DNA of 64,000 bases from Lama guanicoe (GCA_013239625.1 MU053881.1:7587957-7651956), one strand, 5' to 3'. Shown: positions 37,129-49,819, numbered from the stretch's first letter. A program made the numbers and translations. Notes: generated by a model from the letters alone, not told the origin.

Positions 37129-37693
37129 AGTTTCTGCTTCCTCATAACTTTAGTTTGCTTATGATCCATCCTGACTTCTGCCCCAGCCTGTCTAGAGTTT
37201 TTTCCATGACACCTTTTTGAGTTCCTGTCCATACTCTTACTGGCTTAGTCATCCAGTTCACAAATTCCAAATTCTTGATGGAGCATTCTGTTTGGTCCAC
37301 AGTTTTCCTGGACAGCCTATGGATTGCTTGTTCAACTCCTGCACTATCAGTTAAGGCCAGATTTGGGTGGATCCCAGTGGCACTAAACATAGCAACCCAG
37401 GGTGGCTCTCTCATTAGGGTTATTGGTGTGATAGTCACTCTAGAAGATATGACTTATACAGATTATTTTTGCCTTGCCCTTGCCCACAGAACTTGATAAT
37501 TGAGTAGTACCACTATAGAGGGACCAAGAGTCTGGAGAGGTCAGCTCCATATCCTCTATATGCCTGACATCCAGTTTGCAACTCTTAAATTCTGCCACAA
37601 AATTCTGTTAGGACGCCTCAGTGAATCTTGGCATTTAACCTTGGCCTTTGTTATCCAAGTATCAGAGAATACACTTATATCATGTGGCTCCAA

Positions 37694-39330
37694 TAATTCA
37701 ATGGATAAATCATGTAGACAGAAAATCAATAAGGAAAGATTGGCCTTAAATGACACAATATTCACATGGAATTTATATGTGTGTGTATATATATAACATT
37801 CCACCCAAAAGCAGCAGAATACACATTCTTCTCTAGTGCACATGGAATATTCTCTAGGATAGATTACACGCTAGACCACAAAACGAGTCTCAATAAATTT
37901 AAGAAAATTGAAATCATATCAAGCAATGTTTTCAACCACAGTAATGAAACTAAAGAGAAAACTGGGAAAATGACAAAACTGGGGAAATGTGGAGATTAAA
38001 CAACATGTTACAGAGCAACCAGTAGGTCAGTGAAGAAATCAAAAGAGAAATTTTAAAAATACCTTAAGACAAATAAAAATGGAAATGCAATAGGCCAAAA
38101 TCTATGAGATGCAGGAGGAACAATTCAAAGAGGGAAGTTTGTCGAAATACAGGCTTACCTCAAGAAACCAGGAAAACCTCAAATAAACAACTTAACATTA
38201 TCCCTAAAGGAACTAGAAAAAGAAGAGCAAATGAGACCTAAAGGTAGTTGAAGGAAGGAAATAAAGATCAGAGTGAAAATAAATGAAATAGGACTAAAAA
38301 TTAATAGAAAAGATCAATGAAACTAAGAGCTGGTTCTTTGAAAATTGAAAAATCTTTAACTAGACTCACTGAGAAAAAAAGAGAGCTCAAATAAATAAAA
38401 TAGGAAATGAATGAGAAGAAATTATAAGTGATACCAAGGAAATAAAAAGGATCATAAGAGATTACTGTGAACAATTAGACACCAATGAATTGGAAAAACT
38501 AGAAGAAATGGATAAATTTCTGGAAACATACAATCTTATAAAAATGAATCAATAAAGAAATAGAAACTATGAATAGATCGACTACTAGTAAGGCAATTGA
38601 ATTGGTAATCAAAAAATTCCCAACAAAGTGAAGTCCAGGACTAGATGGCTTCACTGGTGAATTCTACCAAACATTCTAAGATTTAGTACCTATTCTTCTC
38701 AAATCCTTCCAAATAATTGAAGAGGAGGAAACACTCCCAAACTTAATGAATGAATAGAGAAGATATGCACGTGTGTGTGTGCGTGTGTGTGTGTGTAGGT
38801 TGGAAAACTGCTCAGCCATAAAAAGAAATCTTGCCATTTATGACAACATGGATGGATTTTGAGATTCTTACACTAAGTGAAATAAGTCAGACAAAGACAA
38901 ATTCTGTATGGTTTCACTTATAATTGGAATCTAAAAAAACAAAACAAATGAACAAACGAAACAAAACTCATAGATAAAGAGAACAGATTGTTGGTAGGCA
39001 GAGGGCAGAGGACTTGGGTGGGGGGGTGGGAAAAATGGGTGAAGGAAATCAAGAGGTACTAACTTCCAGTTATAAAATAAATAACTCATGGGAAGGTAAT
39101 ATACAACATGCTGACTACAGTCAATAATGTTGTAGCACAAATTTGCAAGTTGCTCTCATCACAAGAAAAAAATTCTACAACTTTATGTGGTGACAGATGG
39201 TAACTAGGCTCATTGTGTTGATCATTTTGCAGTGTATATAAATGTTGAATCATTATGTTGTACACCTGAAACCAATGGAGTGTTGTATGTCAACCATACG
39301 TCAATTAAAAAAAAAAGAAAAAGAAAAAAA
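37694..39330 (+). mobile_element. L1 (L1MA9-like) with endonuclease/linker region fused to ORF2 end and 3' UTR (internal deletion)
   Basis: EN peptide TFHPKAAEYTFFSSAHGIFSRIDYTLDHKTSLNKFKKIEII (37766-37999); KSPGLDGFTGEFYQTF at about 38630-38676; 3' UTR and A-rich tail to 39330. Confidence 0.93.
38769..38797. repeat. (TG)n microsatellite within L1
   Basis: Direct TG run. Confidence 0.9.
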
Positions 39331-39349
39331 GCATGTGATCATGAATTCA

Positions 39350-39460
39350 GAACACCTCATTTTAGAGATGAGGAAATGGAGACTTCAGAAGTTCATTCAT
39401 TAAAAGTAAGTACATAAAGGCAGAGACAAGACAAAACTTGCTTCCAAAGACTCGAAATTC
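39350..39460 (-). mobile_element. MIR SINE
   Basis: cctcattttagagatgaggaaatggagacttcagaag. Confidence 0.7.
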
Positions 39461-40044
39461 AGCATTCCCCACAGCACCATGATGTGTCTCTGGGAGGAAG
39501 GGGCAACTCAGAGGCCAACAAAAGTGGACACGCAGAATACAAAAGAGAGGAGGAGGGGCCATTCTGACACCACCAAGATGGCAGTGCCATTCAGACAGAA
39601 AACACTGCTCACTTTCTCACAACTTAGCAACTAGGTTTCTACTGCTTGGTTAACTGCTGGCATTTGGAGGGTCAGCTGAACGCTCCCTCTAAATTGGTAT
39701 GCTGGTTTCGCTCAGCCCAACTCTGCCCATCCCCGTGACCAGCAATGGCTCAGGATCTCCCATTCCCACCCTTGTTTCTCAAAGAGAAAGAGGCCAGTAT
39801 CTTGGCACATCTCTCTAAAGCCATTTTCACATGCTGCCGTGACATCTCCAGGGAGCCTGATAATATTCTGGGCTCTGTGACTTCAGCCCATATAAACTCA
39901 TGGAATATTTACTTATATGGGAATTTTCAACCCCACTTTCCAATCTGGGCTGACAAATTAGGCAAAATGCCTTGAATTTATCCTGGGAATCATAAAACAT
40001 ATTCTACAGAGTTGTACTGGTTAAAAAATAATTCTCTATATGGA

Positions 40045-40165
40045 AAGTAGAAAAGTGCTGGAGAACCACCATCCTTGAAGGTTTTTAAGATAAAAACAGT
40101 TCTTATGGTTTAGGGATAAATAGGGTGACAGGAAGAGTAAGGTTTCTCAGGGTTCTTTCCAGATA
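40045..40165 (+). mobile_element. CR1/L3-like 3' end
   Basis: ggagaaccaccatccttgaaggtttttaaga...tcagggttctttccag. Confidence 0.45.
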
Positions 40166-40594
40166 TAGCTCTTAGGGAGTAGCATTTTTCTTAAACGTAG
40201 TAAAGTAAAGGAAAATACTGTATTTCCCAATTGGGGATTTTTTTTTTTTAAGTCCTTGAGGTAGAGCTGTGACATTAAAGTGAATCTGCTTCAGGGTCTA
40301 CTTAGACAAAATTGTGAATTCAGCTAATCTGCTCCATCATTCCTTTAGGCATATTTTCACTCTCATTGTGGAAACCCTTTTCTCCCTTGGAGTGGAATAC
40401 CATTCCTTTACTCTGTTATCAAGACCTGTTAAGTGTCAAACATAACCTCATGTATACTGAGTGATGTTTATCATCTAATATATTAATTAACCTAAGAGAA
40501 GGACTCCTCTGATATCTCTAAAATTGTTGTTACAGGCAGAAAGTCTCCTCTTCCACTTTATTTATACATTGACCCTGGACCTCTTTGCTTGGAA

Positions 40595-40852
40595 TGGTAT
40601 TGTGGAAATTGCACGGTCTTTCAAGCCATACAGACCCTGGCTGACCTTGAGCAGTTATCACTCATTGAGCCCCGCTCAGTTTCTCCTTCATGAAACAATA
40701 GCTGTTAGAGTGAACTCTGCAAACCTGTCGTTTTAATATCCCAATATAATCTCTGTCAGGGCCGTCATGAGTTTTAAATGAGATAATGTGTGCAAAGCAT
40801 GTAGCACACGGCTGGTCGCATGTCAGATGCTCCTCCAGTGTTTGTTAGTTTA
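40595..40852 (+). mobile_element. MIR SINE
   Basis: tgaccttgagcagttatcactcattgagcccc-gctcagtttctccttc...ttaaatgagataatgtgtgcaaagc. Confidence 0.75.
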
Positions 40853-41139
40853 TTCCTCTTGCCTATTTCTCTATTTCAATGTCATGACAATGGTATTAAT
40901 CTTTCATCTGAAAAGTGAAAAACTGGCCCCACCCATTTTTTCTGTAGGAAATCCTTTTATCTTTTGCTTCTGTTTGTGGTTCTCACGTTGAAACATCATT
41001 CGTCTAAATAACAGCTACTGAGCTGATAGAATTTTCTTATATCCAGAACTTTCTTATAGTGACTGATAATGGTCTCTTCTGCTACCCACTCCCACTTTTT
41101 TTAAATGTATTTTTCCTCCAAAATATGCTCTGCCCCGGA

Positions 41140-41560
41140 AACAGGCTATTTGAGCTACGTATGTTCCAGAAATCCGCAGTAATGAACCATACAAATCTAT
41201 TTGTCCTGCTGCTACTATAATTGCCTATATCTGATTATAACTTAATATGTAACAGATTTTTTTTGGCGAGGCCACAAGCAACTGAGCATTCATGAAAATG
41301 CAGACGCCGAAGGATGTTGAGGAGCCAGTGAACCCACTAATTGGATAAAGGGGGGAGTGGTGTGGGAATTTAATTAAACTGGCATTTGTTCTAGCCGCTG
41401 AAAATATTAATCAGAAAATGAATTACACACAAAAAAAGTAAAAGGCTGGGGGAGGGGGGAAATGTCATGAAAAATGTCATCAGTGCCATCCTTCCTGGCA
41501 TTGATGAGAAAGTGATTCTTTTTTCCCCACAAGGTGTGGGTCATCTGTCCAGTGAGCTCG
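41140..41560. promoter_or_regulatory. Candidate conserved non-coding element / enhancer
   Basis: Repeat-free island with clustered TAAT/ATTA sites (ataattg, tgattat, ctaattgg, ttaattaa, attaatca, gaattac) and tandem TGTCA sites; conservation not tested. Confidence 0.35.
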
Positions 41561-42539
41561 CCTACAGCTTGTTTGGGCAGAGATCACAGAGAAAGGCGCT
41601 TGGAAAGCTGTGAGTTGGGAGGAGGAGTGTGAGATTCTTGATTTGGGGACCAGATGCATCTCTTGGCAGTCCTTGATACAAGCATGAAGATAAAATATGT
41701 GTCTGGAAAAAAAAGAAGAAAAAAGCCAATTCTCCCTCCTCTTCTAAAGAAACACCCCCCCCAACAAGAGATGAGCTGAACATCTGTATCCATTCAAGCA
41801 ATAATGCTTAAACAATTGTCAAATTTGAGAGGGGTGGATGAGGGTTTTGAACCAGGCATTTAAATACATTCCATACCCAGGAGCCATTGGGAAGGCATTG
41901 CCCTCCCTGGGCTTACAAACAAGAGTGGAGGAGGGCAAACACAGATGGGGACTCTTGTGTTTGGTTTAAGAACTGCTGTCACAGGTTTGTTTAACGACTG
42001 GACAGTTGTTTCCCTAGAGACCATTGCCCCGTCGCCAGTGGGGACAGCTGGGTCTTGCAGGAAATTGGGTTACTGGACTTAGCCGAAGAGCCTAGAAGGC
42101 AGAGGAAAATAATTCTTGACTCAAAGGCCAACAGCCCTGGAGTTTGCTCCCCAGTCTTGGCCATTTGAGTTTTGGCTTCCAGAACAGCTTTTCTGGTCAA
42201 TGGGATACTTCAGCTCAAGGATAAACTTGCTTCGAGAAGACCCACTCTGTGAAAATGAGAACATACAAATGTATAATGTTCTTGCTGCTTTGTCATTGTT
42301 GCTTTTAATTTTTTTATCAATTGGGAAATCTCTGATGACCATTGCTCATCTGTGACAAAATGTGCTGCCCGCACATGAGCAACTGCTTCATGGGGCACAC
42401 TTTCCTACAGCCTCTGATGCCCAGCTCTTTGGTCACCTCCTCTGCTCTTTCCTTGGCCACGTCGAAAGACAGCAGAGCCAGCAGTTAGGAGGAGAGGAGC
42501 TACTTTCCTGGCCTTCTTTCAGTTCACCCACCATAGTTT

Positions 42540-42950
42540 CTGTTAGTTTCCTAGGGCTGCTGTAGCAAAACACCACAAAGTGGGTGGCTTAAAACAATAG
42601 AGATTTCTCGTCTCACAGTTCTGGAGGCTAAAAGTCCAACATGAAGGTGTTGCCAGGGCCATGCACCCTTCCTTGCCTCTGCATCTCCATAGCTGCTGGT
42701 GGATCCTGGCAATCCTGGGCATACCTTGGCTTGCATCCTTCTTCACATGGCCATCTTCCCTCTCTCTGTGTTGCTCTCCTTTCTCTTATAAATATACCAA
42801 CCAGTGGACTAGGGACCCCCTTAATCCAGTATGACCTCATCTTAACTTGATGACACCTGCAAAACTATTACCAGTTAAGGTCACATTCACAGGTACTGGG
42901 AGTTGAGACTTCAGCATATCTCTCTGGGGGACACAATTCAACCTACCACA
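42540..42950 (-). mobile_element. MLT1C (MaLR) solo LTR
   Basis: tgttagtttcctagggctgctgtagcaaa...gtgggtggcttaaaacaa...taatccagtatgacctcatcttaacttg...ggggacacaattcaacctaccaca. Confidence 0.9.
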
Positions 42951-43336
42951 GTCTTTATTGAAAGAAATGGTATTATTAGGTATATTGTTTCCACTTGGGC
43001 TCATATGTCTATCTATTCAACCTGAATTTTAAACAAGGTCCATGATAAAAGCAAAAATTGAATGTTTGAGCCTTAATTTGTGTCCCCCTGGTGAATGTAT
43101 ATTCCTAACTTGACCAGACTCGTACCAAAATAAATTATATGCAAAATGACACCGCAAATTAAAATGTATCATGCAATTTTTCAACAGTTAAGAGAGTTTA
43201 AAACATCTATTTAAAAATCATCCACTGTTGCCAACTGTTTCTTAATTCATTGAGATGATAGCTTTCTTACATTTTGGTGTTCAAATGTCCCTCCTATTAT
43301 GAAGCAACGATAATTCTAAATGGTATTTACTTTAAA

Positions 43337-43483
43337 TTTTTTTCTATATATATATTATTGAAGTATAGTCAGTTTACAGTGTTGTGTCAATTGCTAGTAT
43401 ACAGCATAATGCTTCAGTCATACATGAACATACATATATTCATTTTCATATTCTTTTCCACCGTAAGTTACTACAAGATACTG
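43337..43483 (-). mobile_element. Short camelid-type L1 3' end
   Basis: ttattgaagtatagtcagtttacagtgttgtgtcaa...taagttactacaagatactg, closely similar to 2382-2510. Confidence 0.9.
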
Positions 43484-46400
43484 TTAAATAATATCCTCAC
43501 TTGGCAAACTAAAACGCTGACAATCTTTTCAATACCTAAAATATTTCAGGCCATTCCAAAAGTATGGGAATCACTGCAATAAGAGATGCCAATTTTTATC
43601 CCTTATGCCTAAAGCGTTTCCTTTATGAAAATAATCTCTTAAATAGAGGCCGTCACTAGTTCCATAAAATTTGAGGTTTTATTGTTATTGTTGTTGTCCA
43701 TAAAATGTACTATTTATCTAGGGATGGTGTGGGAATTTGGAGATAAGCTCAAGACTGACCACAATGAATCAGAAATGGAAGATCTTTAAAATGTGGTTGA
43801 CAATACATATGGAAAGTTAATTCTGGTTTACAAAAATTCTGCATATCCCTGGCTTTTCAGAGGCCCATCTCCTACATCAAACACATTGTATCATTTTCAT
43901 ATTGGGATGCTGATGTGTGAATACATGGCAGTGATTCAACCTTTGTCTGCAGAAACCAAAATGCTGCAAGATTCCATCTGAGTGCCTGAAACATCTCTCT
44001 CTATTTAATTGGTCATGTGATTGGAAGGCCCAGCTTGGTGATAGTCTTGAACGTTCCAACAAATTAGCGGGTCACGTGTAGGATAGCAGAGTGAATGATA
44101 GTCTAAAACATGGATTTCTAGATTTTTTTTAATGTGAGTAACTAGTTCAGACATACACATTTCAGCAGGAACAGTGTCTCATAATGTGAAGGAGGCAAGC
44201 ATTAGACCTGATAATTAGATGAGATTGACTCTGGATATCATCACTTACCCTTATCAGAGCTCTTCAGAGCTCTCGAGAGAAGCTGATTACTTATTGACAG
44301 TCAGGATGTGAGGAAATCCCACTGGACTATGGTTACTTAGTGACCAAAATAAAAGCTGAGGAATGACTTAATAAAGTTGGTCCTAGGACCTGTAGAGAGG
44401 AAATGGATTTGCATTGTCACAGGGGGACAACTGGAAGAACTTCCTATCAGGAACTTGAGGCGTTTACAAGTGACACTGTGATGTCATTTCCCTAGAGATC
44501 TTTTAGGTTCAGATGAAGTGACACATGTCTGAGATGGGCACACAGGTTCTCCCCTGAAGGGGCAGGGGAGTGTCTCCGAGCTGTATTCCATTGTGATGGC
44601 AGGCTCAAAGCTCCTCCTTCTGTCTTCTTCCGTGGTTCCCATTATGCGTTCCGGCAAGTACAGGGAATGAGGACTTGGCTCTGTCTGCAGGGCTCTCTCC
44701 CACGCTGTGTTCATAGACACAGTGGGCGCACTTATGTGTAGGTACATCCTTCCTCGCCTGTATACACCCCAGAGTCAGTTTACCTTTGGTGAATGGTCCT
44801 TTCTAAAATAAGTCATTCTCAAATGCGGTAGGTTTGTGTGGGGCATCCTGAACTGAGGAAAGTCCTTTGTATGGAGAAGTGAATTTCAGTCCTCTCCTTC
44901 TACAATTCTGCTTAAGTTCGGAGGGGAAGAAACTGTATTTCTCCCCTAGTCTCCATGTACATACTGTATCCTTCCCAAGGCCGTGCTGCTGACTTGGTTG
45001 GCTGAACAAAGACCGTTCACTGGGCCACCTACTGGTGGGTGAGTTACCTGTATCAGGCCCTAGGTGTGGTCTTCCTTCTCTTTCTGCCTCCTTGTGCTAC
45101 TCTCAGAGGACCTTGCTCTTTTTAGGCAGACTGGTCATCCCTGGCCACACAGATTGTGGGGTTAATAAATTCGGGATCTGTTCTGCAGACCTAGCCGTAT
45201 CTATTAAAGGAGGAAGTACACTAAGCCACATTTTTCTAACATCATTTACCACACTTGTCCCAGACTGTAGGGGAGAACGGGAATGGAAGATGAGAACCAG
45301 GTGGCTTGGGGATACTCCCCTTTACTCCACCCACCGTTTTGCTGTTAGTTCCTTTGTGAATAAACCCTCCTCAATAAATGTGCCCCTAGGGCCCTAACTG
45401 ATAGAGTAACCCTTGTATAAAAGTCAGTGTTAGAGGGAGACTGATTTTTGTGTGTTATATTACTGATTACTTTTCAAAGAAGGTCTATCTTGAAATATGA
45501 CTTTTCTTGCATTAGAAGCTCCAGAATTTCTCACCTTTCTCCTAGTCATCTCCCTTGGATTGTTGAATGGTGGATCCAGTAGTTTTTTGAGCAAGAATGT
45601 TGGTATTTTAGAGAAGCCATATGTCAGTCTCCCTCCTTAACTTTGTAACAACTTGGAAAATAGATACAGAGGGCATAGAGGAATCAGGGTTTCAGCTGTG
45701 TTTCCTATTGAGAATGGACTTCCCCCTTGCCACCTAAAATTAGACTTACGTGCCCACCCATATGCAAGGAGGAGAAGCCCTGCTCAGGTGAGATTACCTT
45801 CCACAGGACATCAGCAGGACATCAGAGAACCCTCATGCTCTGTGGGCAGGTCCCAGAGAGTCAGCCCACGAGGGGCCTAGTCCTGCAAGTTCTGTTCTGG
45901 TTTCCGTCTCATGAATCAAGCAAATCATTCCTTCCTCCTTGGCAAGGCATGGCAAGGGGCCTCAAAGGAAGAGAAGCTGTTGTCTTTTAAATATTTTAGA
46001 AAAGGGAGACATGTCTATTTTATGGAAAAGGGAAAGATTTACAAAGAAGATTTCTTCTATATAGAAACAATCTTCCAGAATCAAAACCTTTATCATGGTT
46101 GACTGTCGGTTGGCAGTGGTGTTTCTGGTGTTTTAAAATGAAATCTTCCTCCCTATTGTAGTCCCCCTGTAGGGGTGGGGAAGAGAGCAGGGGGACATGT
46201 CCTGCCCTGGGTTGCTATCATATTCCTATTCCTTGGACACTTCTTGAATAAATGAAGTATTATTATCTCTCACTAAGAATGAATAAATGAATGAAGTTCT
46301 CTTTAATTCAGCAAACTTTATTGAGGCACAGGGTTATTAACTTTCCAAGGTAGCACAGTAAATGGCAGAGATGGGATTTGAACTCAAGCAATTTGACTAA

Positions 46401-47629
46401 TGGCCTGAGCCATGATTGATATGAACATACCATAATAGAGGTAAGCAAGGGTAACTCTGGATTCCCAACCAAGACTATGGAGGTTCAAGACATTCTCTCA
46501 GGGGAGCTCAGGGGTTATAACCTGTTTCTGCAGTCTTTGGAGTCAGCAGGAGCAGATTGCCATGGAAGGCAGATCTTTCCACTCATCTCAATGCAAGGTC
46601 TGGGGAAGCTGGAGGCTTCCATGAGACCCACTTGGCCTTGTCTTTACTCCCTTTCCTTCTGGAGATGGGCCCAGGGACTGGGCCAGAGGAACTAAGCTCC
46701 TCTTCCTTTGAAACATCCCCCGGAGCTAAGTCAGTGTCCCTCTGTTAGGAGTCTAGAAAGAGATCCTCTCTTTTTGTCAGCCTTTGTCAAAAGAACAGTT
46801 TCACAAGTGATTCCAGCTGCTCCCTGCCTAATGACAAACTTGTGCGCATCTCCCTGCTGCAGTCAAGTGTGGGCTTCGTCTGATTAGGTCAGCTCATACC
46901 CTTGTAAGATCTCAGGCATGCAGAGCGCTCTGGAGTCTCCCATTGTTCCAAGATACTTTGGAGATGGATTGGGAATCCTATGAGGAATTTCATTCAAATC
47001 CCCCCATGGACTGCAGAGTAAATGCTCTCTGTGCTGACACCCACGAAGTGACAGATGTGGTTAGCATCTGTGTAAGGTCTCACTTGGCTCCCACTCAGCT
47101 TCCTGCAATCCCTTCAGGCCAAGGTGGTTGATTACCTCCAGGACACACTTTCTGTTCTCATACTTTCCCTTAACGCTGAGGCGAAGAGAGTAGCATTCAA
47201 AGTCTGGGCGCCCAGAACTTGATCCCCCTTGTGTCTACTTCCATTGACTGTGAGAACTTGTAAAACAACCCATAGGTCAGTTAATGAGCTACGGCAGCCT
47301 TTGCTCAGTATATTGTTGGCTCCCAATCAGCAATGGCTACTATTATTACTGCTGTTGTTATGGTCATTAACAAGTGAGTGTGCATAAATATCCTAAATTG
47401 AAGATACAGCCTTACTCTGTGGAATTCCCTGAAGCCTGCCTTTCGTGGTCGCATCCCTTTGTGGCTGTAGGACAAGCATGCGTGTTACTGGGCTACCAGG
47501 GGCCTGGGTAGAAGAGGATGTTCTTGGTGTCAGCTCTGTACCCCCAAAATATTGCTTTTACTGAGTCATTTGGGGGGTTGTTTCTAGTTATTTTCAAAAG
47601 CTTAAGAAGATGCCTGTCTGCTTTGTAAA

Positions 47630-47740
47630 GCAGTTCAGCTGCCACTGATCTGACGACTTGAGGTCTAGTTTCCCAGGATTGCATAAACCTATCTCTGTTC
47701 ACTCTATCCATGCCCAGCATGATTTTATACACTTGTCCTT
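47630..47740 (-). mobile_element. Ancient CR1-clade LINE ORF2 C-terminal fragment
   Basis: Minus-strand translation VYKIMLGMDRVNRDRFMQSWETR matches the CR1 motif (E)VYKIMxGxDRVx..F....TR. Confidence 0.6.
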
Positions 47741-47987
47741 GGCTCTTTTCTACAGGAAAGAATTACTTCACAAGTACAGATCCCCATTTAAAAAGCCAAT
47801 CACACATCTCTCTTATAATATCTTTGATGTCCTCTGAGAAACAGAAAGACTACAAGTTGCTCCATTACCTCCATTCTTGGTTAGAATGCCTCCATCCCAA
47901 AGGACTGTATAACCTAGTGGCCATACGTGTTCTTCACTATCCAGGTTTTCTCAAATACCAGCAGTATGAATTCTCCAACACAGGTCT

Positions 47988-48125
47988 TTATCTGTAAATG
48001 GGAATAATAATATTATTTCCTACTTTGTAAGGTTTTTTATAGGATTTAAATGACGCAATTACAGTAAAGAGCTTGGGACAGCACCTGACTCCAAGTAATC
48101 TTCAATAAATGCAATATTAGTATTA
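47988..48125 (+). mobile_element. MIR SINE
   Basis: tatctgtaaatgggaataataa...aggatttaaatga...gtaaagagcttgggacagcacctgac...caataaatg. Confidence 0.85.
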
Positions 48126-48184
48126 GGCTTAACAATACCAATTAGAATTGGGATTAGAATTAGGATGAAAATTAATATTAGTAC

Positions 48185-48480
48185 TCCATGTCTTTCCATA
48201 CTGTATACCTCTGTCTGATTGGCTCTTCCCTTGTCTTCTTTGTGGATACCAAATCTGTCTTCAAAATCCAACTCAAATACCATCTCTTCTAGGATACCTC
48301 CCCTGGTCTCTCAAGTAGAGTTTATTCATCCCCCTAGTATAATCTTTCTCCGTTGTAATTCTGATCCCTCTAAATGGCACTCATGTCTTTCCCCTACTGC
48401 TAGACTGCTTCCTGAGAGTGGGCACTGGTTCTGGGTCACATTTGCACCACCTTTCAGGTCTGCAGAACTTGGCAGAGCTT
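48185..48480 (+). mobile_element. L2 LINE fragment
   Basis: tcttcaaaatccaactcaaataccatctcttctagga...ctagactgcttcctgagagtggg. Confidence 0.65.
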
Positions 48481-49305
48481 GTTTTCCTTCTTAAATGCTC
48501 TATAACTTGAAAGAACTACAGAGGTTGTTTAAGAGACAAGCAGGCCCAGAAGTGCTGATGACTAGAAGAAATTCAAGACAGAACCCTCCAGCCCAGCTGC
48601 ATTGTACGATTTCTAGACAGTGTTTCTTCTCACAGGAGCCAAGCTAACTGTGCTCAGTTCAGGGCACACTGACAAGGTTTCTGAAAGTTACACCATGTCT
48701 TTGCCTGCCCAGAAAGACAGGAACTCGTGAGTGACTAACTTGTCATGCTGTCAGATGCAGTGAAGACACTTTCCACACATGTGACAGGGAGTGTGGAAAG
48801 GAAGCATGTCACTTTCAAGTTGTTGGCGTTGCTTTATTTGTTTACTTTATAGGAAGGAGAGTTGAGTGCTTCATGCCATTCCTGCTCCTACCCTTTTATT
48901 CATGAAGGGCTCCTTTCTTCTTGGTATTTATTCCTATGAGTCACTTCTCTGTGCACCAGATGGAAGATGAAGAAGCTTCTGGCTCCTGTGAAAAAATGTG
49001 GTTTGGGATGGGGAATCAGACTGAGAGTGGGGAGAGAAAAGGGAGCTGGGCTGGGGATGTGCAGATTTGTTTTTGGATGGAATTAAGCTCCGAGTCTCCT
49101 CCCTCTAGTCCCATAAGGTTTGATCAGCTCTCTAGAGATGGTTGTTCTCATGTGTTTTCCCTCTTGCTCTTTGAGTCCATCTGCACATTTGCAGGAGAAA
49201 TTTAATCCGTATGGGCTCATTCATTAAACCCATTAAGCTGTTGTTTAATGAAACAATTTTGTGACTGTGAATCCTTCAGTTTACTCCCGGCAGCTACAAT
49301 TTCCT

Positions 49306-49354
49306 GTTTGTGAACTTGGGTACTCAGGTTTGTGAACTTGGTTACTCAGGTTTG
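49306..49354. repeat. 22-bp tandem duplication
   Basis: gtttgtgaacttgggtactcag followed by gtttgtgaacttggttactcag (1 mismatch), then gtttg. Confidence 0.9.
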
Positions 49355-49819
49355 AGATGGTTGTTCTTCAAGCCTCTTATTCCAAAACTGAGACTTACCT
49401 TCATTCCAGAGAGGGCTGAAGAGGCTGTGTCTCCCAATTACCAAATGCAGCACTGGCACCATATCTGTCCTTCTTGGTCAGGATGACCACCTCCATCCAG
49501 GCCTGGAAGCTTTTAGGAGCCCCAAAGCCATGGTCTTTCAGACTTAGTACAGATCATATCATTTCCGTGAAGCTTGTTCTAGTAGTTGGGCTGAACACAA
49601 TCTCTTCCTTGGCTTGATTGTCTTTCTACCTTTCTTATATCACTGTTTATTTTTTTTTTTTGTAACTGATGTCCTCTACAAGATGACTAACTTGTAGATA
49701 GTGCTTGAGAGCACAGGTTTTGGGGACAGGGACACCAGGGCAGTCTTGAGTTGACAGACATCCCACCTGAGAAAACCCAAAATCTCTGAGCCTTGGTTTC
49801 CTACCTTCATTTAAAACCC

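Noticed and set aside
44484..45050. Adjacent minus-strand ORFs in unique, mildly CpG-containing DNA
   Set aside because: Stops in all frames over the span, no codon bias or homology recognised, weak splice sites
48115..48185. Hexamer-like repeats (attaga/attagg/attggg) resembling telomeric or CRISPR-like repeats
   Set aside because: Degenerate expansion of the MIR (ATT)n tail; no spacers and not TTAGGG arrays
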